The notes under the pieces are model-generated. The model saw nothing but the letters and a program-made list of their open reading frames with translations. It had not been told where the DNA came from and ran no database searches. A stretch of DNA of 62,504 bases, the filler included. It is 20 parts of 20 records of this genome, joined end to end, with 100 filler letters (N's around TTAATTAATTAA, not from the genome) between each part and the next. Parts side by side here need not be neighbours in the genome. Positions count along the whole stretch, not along the records: positions 25,371 to 29,512 come from SRR11831580_5003; positions 29,613 to 31,795 come from SRR11831580_5016; positions 31,896 to 34,748 come from SRR11831580_5017; positions 34,849 to 39,065 come from SRR11831580_5081; 16 more parts are not named here. One strand, written 5' to 3'. The translations under genes were made by a program, and so were the position numbers. Numbering within the stretch: the first letter of the stretch is position 1; every line of letters begins with the position of its first letter. Shown piece after piece: positions 25,371 through 38,100 of this stretch.

Positions 25371-25913
25371 TTGCGCTTAACTTTTAGCCCGCGCGATTTT
25401 ATTCAGGTCAATGCGGGTGTGAACCAAAAAATGGTAGCGCGTGCGTTGGAATGGCTGGATGTGCAACCTGAAGATCGCGTACTGGATCTGTTCTGCGGTA
25501 TGGGCAACTTTACACTGCCATTGGCGACACAAGCTGCCAGTGTGGTCGGTGTAGAAGGTGTTCCGGCGCTGGTGGAAAAAGGCCAGCAGAATGCGCGTCT
25601 TAATGGCTTACAGAATGTGACGTTTTATCACGAAAATCTTGAAGAAGATGTCACAAAGCAGCCGTGGGCGAAAAACGGCTTCGATAAAGTGTTGCTGGAC
25701 CCGGCGCGAGCAGGTGCCGCAGGTGTTATGCAGCAAATTATAAAACTGGAACCTATTCGTATAGTTTATGTATCCTGTAACCCTGCAACGCTGGCTCGGG
25801 ATAGCGAAGCGTTATTAAAAGCAGGATATACCATTGCGCGACTGGCGATGCTGGATATGTTCCCACACACGGGACATCTGGAATCGATGGTACTTTTCTC
25901 GCGCGTTAAATAG
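25371..25913 (+). CDS. rlmD: 23S rRNA m5U1939 methyltransferase, 5' truncated
   Basis: [32 protein letters not shown]; upstream of relA. Confidence 0.97.
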   Translation: MRLTFSPRDFIQVNAGVNQKMVARALEWLDVQPEDRVLDLFCGMGNFTLPLATQAASVVGVEGVPALVEKGQQNARLNGLQNVTFYHENLEEDVTKQPWAKNGFDKVLLDPARAGAAGVMQQIIKLEPIRIVYVSCNPATLARDSEALLKAGYTIARLAMLDMFPHTGHLESMVLFSRVK

Positions 25914-25960
25914 TTGCGATTTGCCGATTTCGGCAGGTCTGGTCCCTAAAGGAGAGGACG

Positions 25961-28195
25961 ATGGTTGCGGTAAGAAGTGCACATATCAATAAGGCTGGTG
26001 AATTTGATCCGGAAAAATGGATCGCAAGTCTGGGTATTACCAGCCAGAAGTCGTGTGAGTGCTTAGCCGAAACCTGGGCGTATTGTCTGCAACAGACGCA
26101 GGGGCATCCGGATGCCAGTCTGTTATTGTGGCGTGGTGTTGAGATGGTGGAGATCCTCTCGACATTAAGTATGGACATTGACACGCTGCGGGCGGCGCTG
26201 CTTTTCCCTCTGGCGGATGCCAACGTAGTCAGCGAAGATGTGCTGCGTGAGAGCGTCGGTAAGTCGGTCGTTAACCTTATTCACGGCGTGCGTGATATGG
26301 CGGCGATCCGCCAGCTGAAAGCGACGCACACTGATTCTGTTTCCTCCGAACAGGTCGATAACGTTCGCCGGATGTTATTGGCGATGGTCGATGATTTTCG
26401 CTGCGTAGTCATCAAACTGGCGGAGCGTATTGCTCATCTGCGCGAAGTAAAAGATGCGCCGGAAGATGAACGTGTACTGGCGGCAAAAGAGTGTACCAAC
26501 ATCTACGCACCGCTGGCTAACCGTCTCGGAATCGGACAACTGAAATGGGAACTGGAAGATTACTGCTTCCGTTACCTCCATCCAACCGAATACAAACGAA
26601 TTGCCAAACTGCTGCATGAACGGCGTCTCGACCGCGAACACTACATCGAAGAGTTCGTTGGTCATCTGCGCGCTGAGATGAAAGCTGAAGGCGTTAAAGC
26701 GGAAGTGTATGGTCGTCCGAAACACATCTACAGCATCTGGCGTAAAATGCAGAAAAAGAACCTCGCCTTTGATGAGCTGTTTGATGTGCGTGCGGTACGT
26801 ATTGTCGCCGAGCGTTTACAGGATTGCTATGCCGCACTGGGGATAGTGCACACTCACTATCGCCACCTGCCGGATGAGTTTGACGATTACGTCGCTAACC
26901 CGAAACCAAACGGTTATCAGTCTATTCATACCGTGGTTCTGGGGCCGGGTGGAAAAACCGTTGAGATCCAAATCCGCACCAAACAGATGCATGAAGATGC
27001 AGAGTTGGGTGTTGCTGCGCACTGGAAATATAAAGAGGGCGCGGCTGCTGGCGGCGCACGTTCGGGACATGAAGACCGGATTGCCTGGCTGCGTAAACTG
27101 ATTGCGTGGCAGGAAGAGATGGCTGATTCCGGCGAAATGCTCGACGAAGTACGTAGTCAGGTCTTTGACGACCGGGTGTACGTCTTTACGCCGAAAGGTG
27201 ATGTCGTTGATTTGCCTGCGGGATCAACGCCGCTGGACTTCGCTTACCACATCCACAGTGATGTCGGACACCGCTGCATCGGGGCAAAAATTGGCGGGCG
27301 CATTGTGCCGTTCACCTACCAGCTGCAGATGGGCGACCAGATTGAAATTATCACCCAGAAACAGCCGAACCCCAGCCGTGACTGGTTAAACCCAAACCTC
27401 GGTTACGTCACAACCAGCCGTGGGCGTTCGAAAATTCACGCCTGGTTCCGTAAACAGGACCGTGACAAAAACATTCTGGCTGGGCGGCAAATCCTTGACG
27501 ACGAGCTGGAACATCTGGGGATCAGCCTGAAAGAAGCAGAAAAACATCTGCTGCCGCGTTACAACTTCAATGATGTCGACGAGTTGCTGGCGGCGATTGG
27601 TGGCGGGGATATCCGTCTCAATCAGATGGTGAACTTCCTGCAATCGCAATTTAATAAGCCGAGTGCCGAAGAGCAGGACGCCGCCGCGCTGAAGCAACTT
27701 CAGCAAAAAAGCTACACGCCGCAAAACCGCAGTAAAGATAACGGTCGCGTGGTAGTCGAAGGTGTTGGCAACCTGATGCACCACATCGCGCGCTGCTGCC
27801 AGCCGATTCCTGGAGATGAGATTGTCGGCTTCATTACCCAGGGGCGCGGTATTTCAGTACACCGCGCCGATTGCGAACAACTGGCGGAACTGCGCTCCCA
27901 TGCGCCAGAACGCATTGTTGACGCGGTATGGGGTGAGAGCTACTCCGCCGGATATTCGCTGGTGGTCCGCGTGGTAGCTAATGATCGTAGTGGGTTGTTA
28001 CGTGATATCACGACCATTCTCGCCAACGAGAAGGTGAACGTGCTTGGCGTTGCCAGCCGTAGCGACACCAAACAGCAACTGGCGACCATCGACATGACCA
28101 TTGAGATTTACAACCTGCAAGTGCTGGGGCGCGTGCTGGGTAAACTCAACCAGGTGCCGGATGTTATCGACGCGCGTCGGTTGCACGGGAGTTAG
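25961..28195 (+). CDS. relA: (p)ppGpp synthetase I
   Basis: 744 aa uninterrupted; KPNGYQSIH, TGS and ACT domains. Confidence 0.99.
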   Translation: MVAVRSAHINKAGEFDPEKWIASLGITSQKSCECLAETWAYCLQQTQGHPDASLLLWRGVEMVEILSTLSMDIDTLRAALLFPLADANVVSEDVLRESVGKSVVNLIHGVRDMAAIRQLKATHTDSVSSEQVDNVRRMLLAMVDDFRCVVIKLAERIAHLREVKDAPEDERVLAAKECTNIYAPLANRLGIGQLKWELEDYCFRYLHPTEYKRIAKLLHERRLDREHYIEEFVGHLRAEMKAEGVKAEVYGRPKHIYSIWRKMQKKNLAFDELFDVRAVRIVAERLQDCYAALGIVHTHYRHLPDEFDDYVANPKPNGYQSIHTVVLGPGGKTVEIQIRTKQMHEDAELGVAAHWKYKEGAAAGGARSGHEDRIAWLRKLIAWQEEMADSGEMLDEVRSQVFDDRVYVFTPKGDVVDLPAGSTPLDFAYHIHSDVGHRCIGAKIGGRIVPFTYQLQMGDQIEIITQKQPNPSRDWLNPNLGYVTTSRGRSKIHAWFRKQDRDKNILAGRQILDDELEHLGISLKEAEKHLLPRYNFNDVDELLAAIGGGDIRLNQMVNFLQSQFNKPSAEEQDAAALKQLQQKSYTPQNRSKDNGRVVVEGVGNLMHHIARCCQPIPGDEIVGFITQGRGISVHRADCEQLAELRSHAPERIVDAVWGESYSAGYSLVVRVVANDRSGLLRDITTILANEKVNVLGVASRSDTKQQLATIDMTIEIYNLQVLGRVLGKLNQVPDVIDARRLHGS

Positions 28196-28210
28196 GCCGA
28201 AATTTGCTCG

Positions 28211-28256
28211 TATCTACAATGTAGATTGATATATACTGTATCTACATATGATAGCG
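28211..28256 (+). promoter_or_regulatory. mazEF promoter/operator palindromes
   Basis: TATCTACAATGTAGAT...TATCTACATATGATAG between relA and mazE. Confidence 0.7.
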
Positions 28257-28272
28257 GTTTGAGGAAAGGGTT

Positions 28273-28521
28273 ATGATCCACAGTAGCGTAAAGCGTTGGG
28301 GAAATTCACCGGCGGTGCGGATCCCGGCTACGTTAATGCAGGCGCTCAATCTGAATATTGATGATGAAGTGAAGATTGACCTGGTGGATGGCAAATTAAT
28401 TATTGAGCCAGTGCGTAAAGAGCCCGTATTTACGCTTGCTGAACTGGTCAACGACATCACGCCGGAAAACCTCCACGAGAATATCGACTGGGGAGAGCCG
28501 AAAGATAAGGAAGTCTGGTAA
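28273..28521 (+). CDS. mazE: Antitoxin MazE
   Basis: 82 aa, [12 protein letters not shown]. Confidence 0.99.
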
Positions 28522-28856
28522 TGGTAAGCCGATACGTACCCGATATGGGCGATCTGATTTGGGTTGATTTTGACCCGACAAAAGGTAGCGAGCAAGCTGG
28601 ACATCGTCCAGCTGTTGTCCTGAGTCCTTTCATGTACAACAACAAAACAGGTATGTGTCTGTGTGTTCCTTGTACAACGCAATCAAAAGGATATCCGTTC
28701 GAAGTTGTTTTATCCGGTCAGGAACGTGATGGCGTAGCGTTAGCTGATCAGGTAAAAAGTATCGCCTGGCGGGCAAGAGGAGCAACGAAGAAAGGAACAG
28801 TTGCCCCAGAGGAATTACAACTCATTAAAGCCAAAATTAACGTACTGATTGGGTAG
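28521..28856 (+). CDS. mazF: Endoribonuclease toxin MazF
   Basis: 111 aa, GSEQAGHRPAVVLS; start overlaps mazE stop. Confidence 0.99.
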   Translation: MVSRYVPDMGDLIWVDFDPTKGSEQAGHRPAVVLSPFMYNNKTGMCLCVPCTTQSKGYPFEVVLSGQERDGVALADQVKSIAWRARGATKKGTVAPEELQLIKAKINVLIG

Positions 28857-28926
28857 TGTTACTAACTCACTTCTATTCTGGTCACAGGTTTCCACCTGAC
28901 AGACCCGCAATTTTCAGGACAATTCA

Positions 28927-29512
28927 ATGAATCAAATCGACCGTTTGCTCACTATTATGCAGCGCCTGCGCGATCCGGAAAACGGCTGCCCGTGGGATAA
29001 AGAGCAGACATTTGCCACCATTGCGCCTTACACCCTTGAAGAAACCTACGAAGTGCTGGACGCCATCGCCCGTGAAGATTTTGACGATCTTCGCGGTGAA
29101 CTGGGCGATCTGCTATTCCAGGTGGTGTTTTACGCGCAAATGGCTCAGGAAGAAGGGCGCTTTGACTTTAATGATATTTGCGCTGCTATTAGCGATAAAT
29201 TAGAGCGTCGCCATCCGCATGTTTTTGCTGATAGTTCTGCCGAAAACAGTAGTGAAGTGCTTGCCCGTTGGGAGCAAATCAAAACCGAAGAGCGCGCGCA
29301 GAAAGCGCAGCATTCGGCGCTGGACGATATTCCTCGTAGTTTACCGGCTTTAATGCGTGCGCAAAAAATCCAGAAACGTTGCGCCAACGTTGGCTTCGAT
29401 TGGACGACGCTTGGTCCGGTAGTCGATAAAGTCTACGAAGAGATCGACGAGGTGATGTACGAAGCGCGGCAGGCTGTTGTCGACCAGGCTAAACTGGAGG
29501 AGGAAATGGGGG
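28927..29512 (+). CDS. mazG: Nucleoside triphosphate pyrophosphohydrolase, 3' truncated
   Basis: GCPWDKEQT, EETYEVLDAI, ELGDLL. Confidence 0.98.
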
Positions 29513-29612
29513 NNNNNNNNNNNNNNNNNNNNNNNNNNNNNNNNNNNNNNNNNNNNTTAATTAATTAANNNNNNNNNNNNNNNNNNNNNNNNNNNNNNNN
29601 NNNNNNNNNNNN

Positions 29613-30590
<978 letters not shown>

Positions 30591-30662
30591 TTATTCCCAA
30601 GAATTGATAGTGAGCGTAATATTCACGCGCTCAATTATCATAACTTATTCCTGGGGAATGCT

Positions 30663-31703
30663 ATGACTGGTCAGTCTTCATCTCAGGCGGCAACGCCCAT
30701 TCAGTGGTGGAAACCCGCGCTTTTCTTTCTCGTTGTCATTGCCGGTCTCTGGTATGTGAAATGGGAACCTTACTACGGCAAAGCGTTTACTGCTGCCGAA
30801 ACCCACAGTATCGGTAAATCTATCCTTGCGCAGGCGGATGCTAACCCATGGCAGGCGGCGTTGGATTACGCGATGATCTATTTCCTCGCGGTATGGAAAG
30901 CGGCGGTGCTGGGGGTGATCCTCGGTTCGTTGATTCAGGTGCTGATCCCGCGTGACTGGTTGTTGCGTACGCTTGGGCAATCGCGCTTTCGCGGCACGCT
31001 GCTGGGAACGCTGTTTTCGTTGCCGGGCATGATGTGTACCTGCTGTGCGGCTCCGGTCGCGGCGGGAATGCGTCGCCAACAGGTGTCGATGGGCGGTGCG
31101 CTGGCATTCTGGATGGGCAATCCGGTGTTAAACCCGGCGACGCTGGTGTTTATGGGCTTTGTCCTCGGCTGGGGTTTTGCGGCGATTCGTCTGGTGGCCG
31201 GGCTGGTGATGGTGTTGCTGATTGCGACGCTGGTGCAAAAATGGGTGCGTGAAACACCGCAAACGCAGGCACCGGTCGAAATTGACATACCGGAAGCACA
31301 GGGCGGGTTTTTTAGCCGCTGGGGCAGGGCGCTATGGACGCTTTTCTGGAGTACGATCCCGGTTTACATCCTTGCAGTACTGGTGTTGGGTGCCGCTCGC
31401 GTCTGGTTATTCCCCCATGCCGATGGTGCTGTCGATAACAGCCTGATGTGGGTGGTGGCGATGGCGGTAGCAGGATGCTTGTTTGTCATTCCCACGGCAG
31501 CAGAAATTCCGATTGTACAAACGATGATGCTGGCAGGTATGGGAACCGCTCCGGCGCTGGCATTGTTGATGACGCTCCCGGCAGTGAGTTTGCCGTCACT
31601 GATTATGCTGCGCAAAGCGTTCCCGGCGAAAGCCTTATGGCTGACAGGGGCGATGGTGGCAGTGTCTGGTGTGATTGTCGGCGGGCTGGCGCTGTTGTTC
31701 TGA
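30663..31703 (+). CDS. yraQ: Permease-family membrane protein
   Basis: 346 aa multi-TM, MCTCCAAP; synteny. Confidence 0.93.
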   Translation: MTGQSSSQAATPIQWWKPALFFLVVIAGLWYVKWEPYYGKAFTAAETHSIGKSILAQADANPWQAALDYAMIYFLAVWKAAVLGVILGSLIQVLIPRDWLLRTLGQSRFRGTLLGTLFSLPGMMCTCCAAPVAAGMRRQQVSMGGALAFWMGNPVLNPATLVFMGFVLGWGFAAIRLVAGLVMVLLIATLVQKWVRETPQTQAPVEIDIPEAQGGFFSRWGRALWTLFWSTIPVYILAVLVLGAARVWLFPHADGAVDNSLMWVVAMAVAGCLFVIPTAAEIPIVQTMMLAGMGTAPALALLMTLPAVSLPSLIMLRKAFPAKALWLTGAMVAVSGVIVGGLALLF

Positions 31704-31717
31704 TTTGAGGGAAAACA

Positions 31718-31795
31718 TGTCGGATGCGGCGTAAACGCCTTATCTGACCTACGGTTTGTATCGTTGTAGGCCTGATAAGACGCGGCAAGCGTCGC
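31718..31795. repeat. REP/BIME at contig end
   Basis: TGTCGGATGCGGCGTAAACGCCTTATCTGACCTAC plus GTAGGCCTGATAAGACGCG. Confidence 0.92.
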
Positions 31796-31895
31796 NNNNN
31801 NNNNNNNNNNNNNNNNNNNNNNNNNNNNNNNNNNNNNNNTTAATTAATTAANNNNNNNNNNNNNNNNNNNNNNNNNNNNNNNNNNNNNNNNNNNN

Positions 31896-31920
31896 ATGTA
31901 TGCTATACGAAGTTATTACG
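31896..31920 (+). other. 454 Titanium paired-end linker remnant (partial loxP), second copy
   Basis: Identical 25-mer ATGTATGCTATACGAAGTTATTACG at contig edge, interrupts hcp. Confidence 0.93.
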
Positions 31921-33524
31921 CGCAGGCCGAATTTCTCGTTCAGCACCGCCAGCAGGTCTGGTGTCAGGAAACCAGGTGCAGTCGGGCCGGTGACGATATT
32001 TTTCACGCCCAGAGAAAGCAGCGTCAGCAGAATGACGATCGCTTTCTGTTCAAACCAGGAGAGCACCAGCGACAGCGGCAGATCGTTGACACCGCAGCCC
32101 AGTTTCTCTGCCAGAGTGACAGCCAGAATAATCGCTGAGTAAGCATCGTTACATTGACCTGCATCTACCAGACGCGGCAGACCTTCGATATCGCCAAACT
32201 CAAGTTTGTTAAAGCGATATTTACCACAGGCGAGGGTCAGGATCAGGCAGTCATCCGGCACGCTGGTGGCGAAATCGGTGAAGTAGTGGCGCTCGCCGCG
32301 TGCGCCGTCACAGCCACCAAGCAGGAAGATATGACGCAGTTTTTCACGGCTCACCAGATCAATCAGCGTATCAGCAGCGCCAAGCAGCGTCTGGCGACCA
32401 AAACCCACGGTGATAAGGTGCGGAATTTCGCTGTACGGGAAGCCTGCCATCTGTTGCGCCTGGGTGATAACCGCAGAGAAATCATCACCGTCCAGATGAC
32501 GCACGCCAGGCCAGCCAACAATGCTGCGGGTCCAGATACGATCGTCATAAGCGCCTACGGTTGGGTCGATGATGCAGTTCGAGGTCATCACGATGGGGCC
32601 AGGGAAACGAGCGAACTCCACTTGCTGATTCTGCCAGCCGCTGCCGTAGTTACCGACCAGATGCTTGAATTTACGCAGCTCCGGGTAGCCATGCGCAGGC
32701 AGCATTTCGCCGTGGGTGTAGACATTAACGCCCGTGCCTTCGGTCTGTTCCAGCAGGTTGTAGAGATCTTTGAGATCGTGACCGGAAATCAGAATGCATT
32801 TACCCGCCGTCGCTTTGACGTTGACCTGGGTTGGCGTCGGGTGACCGTATTTACCGGTTTCGCCTGCATCCAGAATGCTCATCACTTTGAAGTTCATCTG
32901 GCCGATTTCCATTGAACACTCAAGAAGCGCGTTCATATCGGCAGGCCAGGTCCCCAGCCACGCCATGATTTTATGGTACTGGGCATAAATATCGTTGTCG
33001 TATTGACCGAGAACATGCGCGTGTTCCATATAGGCCGCCGCACCTTTCAGGCCATACAGGCACAGCAGACGCAGGCCGAGAATGTTTTCGCCAATCGCCG
33101 CTTTATCTTTGTTAGGGGTAAATTCTGCTGCCTGACGTTGCAGCTCGCCGAGATCGTCGCTCACCAGTTGCAGGTCAGCCATCGGGTTATCGACGCGCGC
33201 GTTGGCATCTACAGCCAGGCATTGCGCTTTCAGCGCCTCGCGCAGGGCAATCGCTTCACGAGCGTAGCCGACAATACGCGGAGAATCGAAGTTAACGTTG
33301 GTCAGGGTTGAGAAAAAGGCACGTGGCGCGAAGCTGTCAACATCGTGGTTGATGATGCCGTATTCACGCGCTTTTACCGCCCAGGCAGAAAGCCCTTGCA
33401 GCGCCGCGATGAGTAAATCCTGAAGGTCAGAAGTTTCCGCCGTTTTACCACACATCCCCTGCGCGTATGAGCAGCCGTTTCCTGCCGGAGTACGGATAGT
33501 TTGTTCACATTGCACACAAAACAT
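31921..33524 (-). CDS. hcp: Hybrid-cluster protein, 3' truncated
   Basis: MFCVQCEQT...[31 protein letters not shown]. Confidence 0.98.
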
Positions 33525-33620
33525 GATCACACCTTTTAAAGTTATATTTAATATACATGTTTAAGGTTAAGACGCTTAACGCGGGGATAAAAGGGATTTT
33601 TCATGCAACTTTAAGGGAGA

Positions 33621-33634
33621 TTGATTTAGCGCAA
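33621..33634. promoter_or_regulatory. FNR-like site upstream of hcp
   Basis: TTGAT-TTAG-CGCAA versus consensus TTGAT-N4-ATCAA. Confidence 0.6.
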
Positions 33635-33667
33635 TTTTGGCGGCAGGGATCTACCGCCAGAGAGGTA

Positions 33668-34565
33668 TTACGCAGAGAAAAAGGCGATGAGGATCGGCAC
33701 TAACAGGCTAAGAATAAAACCGTGAACAATTGCCGCCGGGACCATATCCAGCCCGCCAGTACGTTGAAGAACGGGCAGGGTGAAATCCATTGATGTGGCA
33801 CCGCATAAGCCCAGTGCAGTAGAGCGGCTGCGGCGAATCAGCCCAGGGATCAACATAATAGCAATCAGTTCACGGGCCAGATCATTAAAAACGCCGCGCT
33901 CCCGATTACCGGACCAAAAGATTCGGTCAATAAAATACCGGAAAGAGAATACCAGCCGAAACCGGAGGCCATTGCCAGCGCGGTATTGATGGGGAGATCA
34001 AGAATAAAGGCGTTAATTAAACCACCAATTAATGAACTGACAACCACCACCACGGCGACAATCATTCCCCGGCGATTAAGGACAATCTGCTTTAAGGTCA
34101 TGCCATTATTGCGCAACTGAATACCAACGAGGAAAAGTAGCAAAATTAACGTGTATTCACTGGCTTCGGTCGCGTGTTGTAAGAAAGCCAGTCCACTTAG
34201 ACCAATGGCAAAACCAATCACTACTACGCCGCACAGTTTTAGCGACTCCAGCGCCATCGCAATACGCGACGGGAGTTTTTCTTGCTGATGGTGGTTGCGC
34301 CACGGCAGGCCTCGCTCCAGCCACATCAGGGCGGCAATATTACACAGTAAAATAACGGTAATACTGACGGCAGAATAATGCAGAATCGCCAACAGGTTAC
34401 TGGCGAGGTTATCGAGAAACGCCAGACTGATACCCATAAAAAGAGAATAAGGTAAACCATCCAGCTTAATAGCTGATTAATAACTTTTAACGCAGCTTGT
34501 TGGCGAAGCGGAATGAGGTAACCCACAATCAGGGGAACCAGAATGATTAACAGCCCAGAAAACAT
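33668..34565 (-). CDS. lysO: L-lysine exporter LysO (YbjE) with two apparent homopolymer frameshift errors
   Basis: Three ORF pieces join into MFSGLLII...IAFFSA if one T is added to each T5 run near 34440 and 33889; span 898 nt versus 900 for 299 aa. Confidence 0.9.
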
Positions 34566-35106
34566 GAAAACCCAGTCCTTGCAAAGATGAAGTCGAAATG
34601 CGCGATGACACACTACTGAAAGCGGAAGGACGAGTAAAGTTGCAATTAAAAGGAAATGTTATGCATAAGGAGCAGTAGAGTATTCGTTTTCATTTAAAGA
34701 TATTCTTGCGCTTTAATTACAAACTGCACCGATGTTGGTGGCGTCAAANNNNNNNNNNNNNNNNNNNNNNNNNNNNNNNNNNNNNNNNNNNNTTAATTAA
34801 TTAANNNNNNNNNNNNNNNNNNNNNNNNNNNNNNNNNNNNNNNNNNNNTGTACTGTTTCTCACATATTAGCTCTACCTTGATGTCCTCATCGCGGTTGTT
34901 CGGTCCTCTGCAGAGCGTACCTGTTGGGCTATGCTTCCCCTGTGGACCAGCGCCAGATTCTGTTTCGATACGTGGTGGGGCAAGGGGAGAACGCACCTCT
35001 GCTGGATGCTGCCTCGCGAAACGCATTGAGACTGAACGGAGGAAACATTTACGATCAGGCGACTTGTACGTCTTTGTGGACTGCTCATGATCCTGAATGA
35101 TGTGCT

Positions 35107-38100
35107 ATGGCCGTATGCGGCGGAGCGTTATTGTCCAACTCTTTCGAATATCTATCGAAGCCGTGTCAATATAGTCCGTTCCTTCGCGCCCTTTTCTTTC
35201 GTATGATTGGTGATTGTTCTCTGTTCTCACCCTCGCGCGTCCCGCCACCTGCCACCAGATGCTGTAGCGGACGCCGCAGTCCCTGTGGGTGCCATCCCAA
35301 GCAGTCTCGCCAGTCGCTCCCGTCTGAGTGTGCGCGCTGCGGGTGTCAAGATGCCCCCGCTTGGATACGATGGCCGTGTGGTATGTCGCCTCGATGCGCG
35401 CTATGTAACAAGAGAGACGTGATCCTGTTGCCCCAGCTGTGCGTTTCGTTGCTGTGGTTCTGTGCGCCGTTGACCAGGTTGCTCATTATGCGTCTGCATA
35501 GCTACCGGGTGGACAGACACGTGCGGCCGCGGTGATACCCGGCAACTGGTCCTACGACGCGGCCACAAACAACCCGTCGGTGGTTCGGGTGGCTGTCACA
35601 CCACAGGTACGTTACAGGCATGCGGACACAGCACGATGAGATTTAGTGCACGTTCTTGCTTCCTCAAGTCTTCTGTCGTCGCCACATTTGATACACAGCT
35701 GTGAGCTGACTGCGATGGTGGTTGCCGTGGTAGGTGCTGAGTCTGTACGAGGTCAACGAGCAGCAGCAGACGTTCTATGCGGACATCATTCTGCGGCAGA
35801 TGTGGTACGACGCGCGCCTCGAGTCCGCCAACACGGGCAGTGACGGTGCTGTGAGTCTGGGGCCTAATCTGACTGCGGTGGGGTATGCGCCGGTGTGCTG
35901 TAACGTATCAACAAGCCGTTAGCGTTTGACATTTGTTTGTTCTTCATGGTACATTCCAGCATTGTTCATATCTGTGCTCATGTGCACGCGTGGTGGTTGA
36001 GTGTGGATGTGTGTGTACTTCTGTGTATTTATGGATTTTCTGCGCTTTGTAGATCTGTGGGCCGGATGTTGTGGACGCCTGGGCTCACGTTTGTGAACAA
36101 CCGGGATCAGCCAAAGCCTTTCGAGTCGCGTATGGTCATCTACCCGACTGGCATGGTTGAGGTGTGCATTTGTGCCTGTGAACTGACGGCTGCGAGCCAA
36201 CACGCGTGTGCTTATGTGTTTGTGCGGAAGATCATGTATTTGTGTTGCATGTATGGGCGTGGCCTGGACTGTGGGTTTCGTCTCTGCGGATCGCAACTGT
36301 GAGGGCATTGTGACTGCTTTGCTGCAATATCTCTAACTGTGTGGTACTTACCCTAGCGACTGGATCGGTACATCACCAAGTTCGCAGCTCCCATCAACGC
36401 CCGCAACTTCCCGTTCGACGATCAGAATTTTGACATTAAGGTGCGACAACCTATTCGCTCTGTGTCATCCTGTACCTGTCTGTCCTCATTGCCTAACGTT
36501 GATCAACACAGATGAGATCCGCCTTTTACAACTCGTCCTTTGTGGTGTTCGCGCTCAACACCTTCGACACCGAGCAGACGAACAACGTGGCCGCGCTGAA
36601 CGATGCCATCTGGAGCTTCGATTCGTACTCACAGGTACGCACCTCTCTGCTGTCGGCTCCGACTTGGGTTGCCGTGCTCTGTGGCGCGCTTCTTTGATGA
36701 CGAGGGTGACGGCAGGTGGGTTGTGTCCACGCTTTCGTTGTGCGGCTATCCTTATCTCCCGACTCTTGTGCAGCACTCGGTCGTCCCGCCAGCGGGCCTG
36801 CTGGGCGGGTTTCACATCCTCACCACACGCGTGCACGCCAACCGCATCTTCACCTACAACGTAGCCGTGTTCTTCATCCCGCTCGTGCTCATCTTCGCAG
36901 CGTCCTACCTCAGTTTCTTCGTGGCGTTGCGATCGGACAAGCGCTTGACGGTCCCGCTGACTTCGTTGGCTGCAACACTGGCGTTCACGTTTGTGCTGGT
37001 GAACCTGTCCCCGCCTGTGTCGTATATCACACGCATGGCAGTGGCGCTGCTGGTCACCTATGCATTCGTAACCCTCATGCTCATCATACAGGTGCGCTGG
37101 GTCGTTGGTTTTGTGCATCTGTTGTGTTGCGTGAGTTTGTGTGTGTGCGTGTGGTTGTGTTCGAGCGTGGGTGTGTGTCTCTTCATCCATTTCGTTTGTT
37201 GCATCGAGTGTTGTCTCGGCGGGAACACCAAACGCAAGCACATGTGTTCTTTTGCTGTTCTCTCTGTCACTGAACCGGCTGTCATGGCGTGTGTGTGCAG
37301 GGTGCTATCATCCAGATCGCCCTCATTGCCGAGGAGGGGCTGCCCCCCGAACGTATGCGAGCGCGCGGGATGTACCCCTCAGCCGTGTCGGATACGGGCA
37401 CCCCCCATCCACACGGCCACAAGCTGCACGGACAGAACGCACCCGGGTCCGGTGCGGACCCCAGTCAGCCCGCGTACCTGCAGCCTCGCGAGTCGGATGC
37501 GGACGCTAGGGTATGTGATGCCTTGTGTTGATGCTGGGGATGGTGTGTGTGTTATACGCCGCACAACCCACCGTGGTTTGTTGTCATTGGCCCTTCGTTT
37601 CCTTTCATCCAACCTCGCTTCCCCACCCTCCGCGCTGTGCTGATGTGGTTCTGTAGACCGACCACTCGGAAGGTGTTGCGAGCGGGCCTCGTGTGAACGA
37701 ACGCGGCTCCCAGCCACAGACGCAGCAGCCCAGCAAGGTTGAGCTGGTTCCTGGCGAGTCGAGTGACAGCGACGAGCCCACGGAGATGGTGTGCTGCGGG
37801 AAGATTACGCCCATGATTGACCCCAGACGGCGCAAAGTTTGGGTACGTGGGGTTGCGCCCCGTGGGTTGGTTGCGATTGCGGTGGTGGTGGTGGTGGTGG
37901 TTGTTGTTGATGGTGTTGTCTCCTGTCCGTAACAGTGCTGAAGGCACTTGCATGGTGATCACTGTTATTACAATTCACTGGTACCCCTCCTCTCCTTCTC
38001 TATCATGCGTGTTCTCATACTGAGCTTGTGCTTCATCGTTTCTTCTTAGATTGCTCGTCTCCATGCGGCATCGTTCTTGTGCAAGCTTCTGTTACCCATC

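Noticed and set aside
25961-29512. relA-mazEF-mazG as a novel defence or toxin-antitoxin system
   Set aside because: Canonical, well-studied E. coli locus
34849-35088. Divergent gene immediately upstream of the ion channel
   Set aside because: Short minus-strand frames with plausible splice sites but no recognisable motif and ambiguous frame
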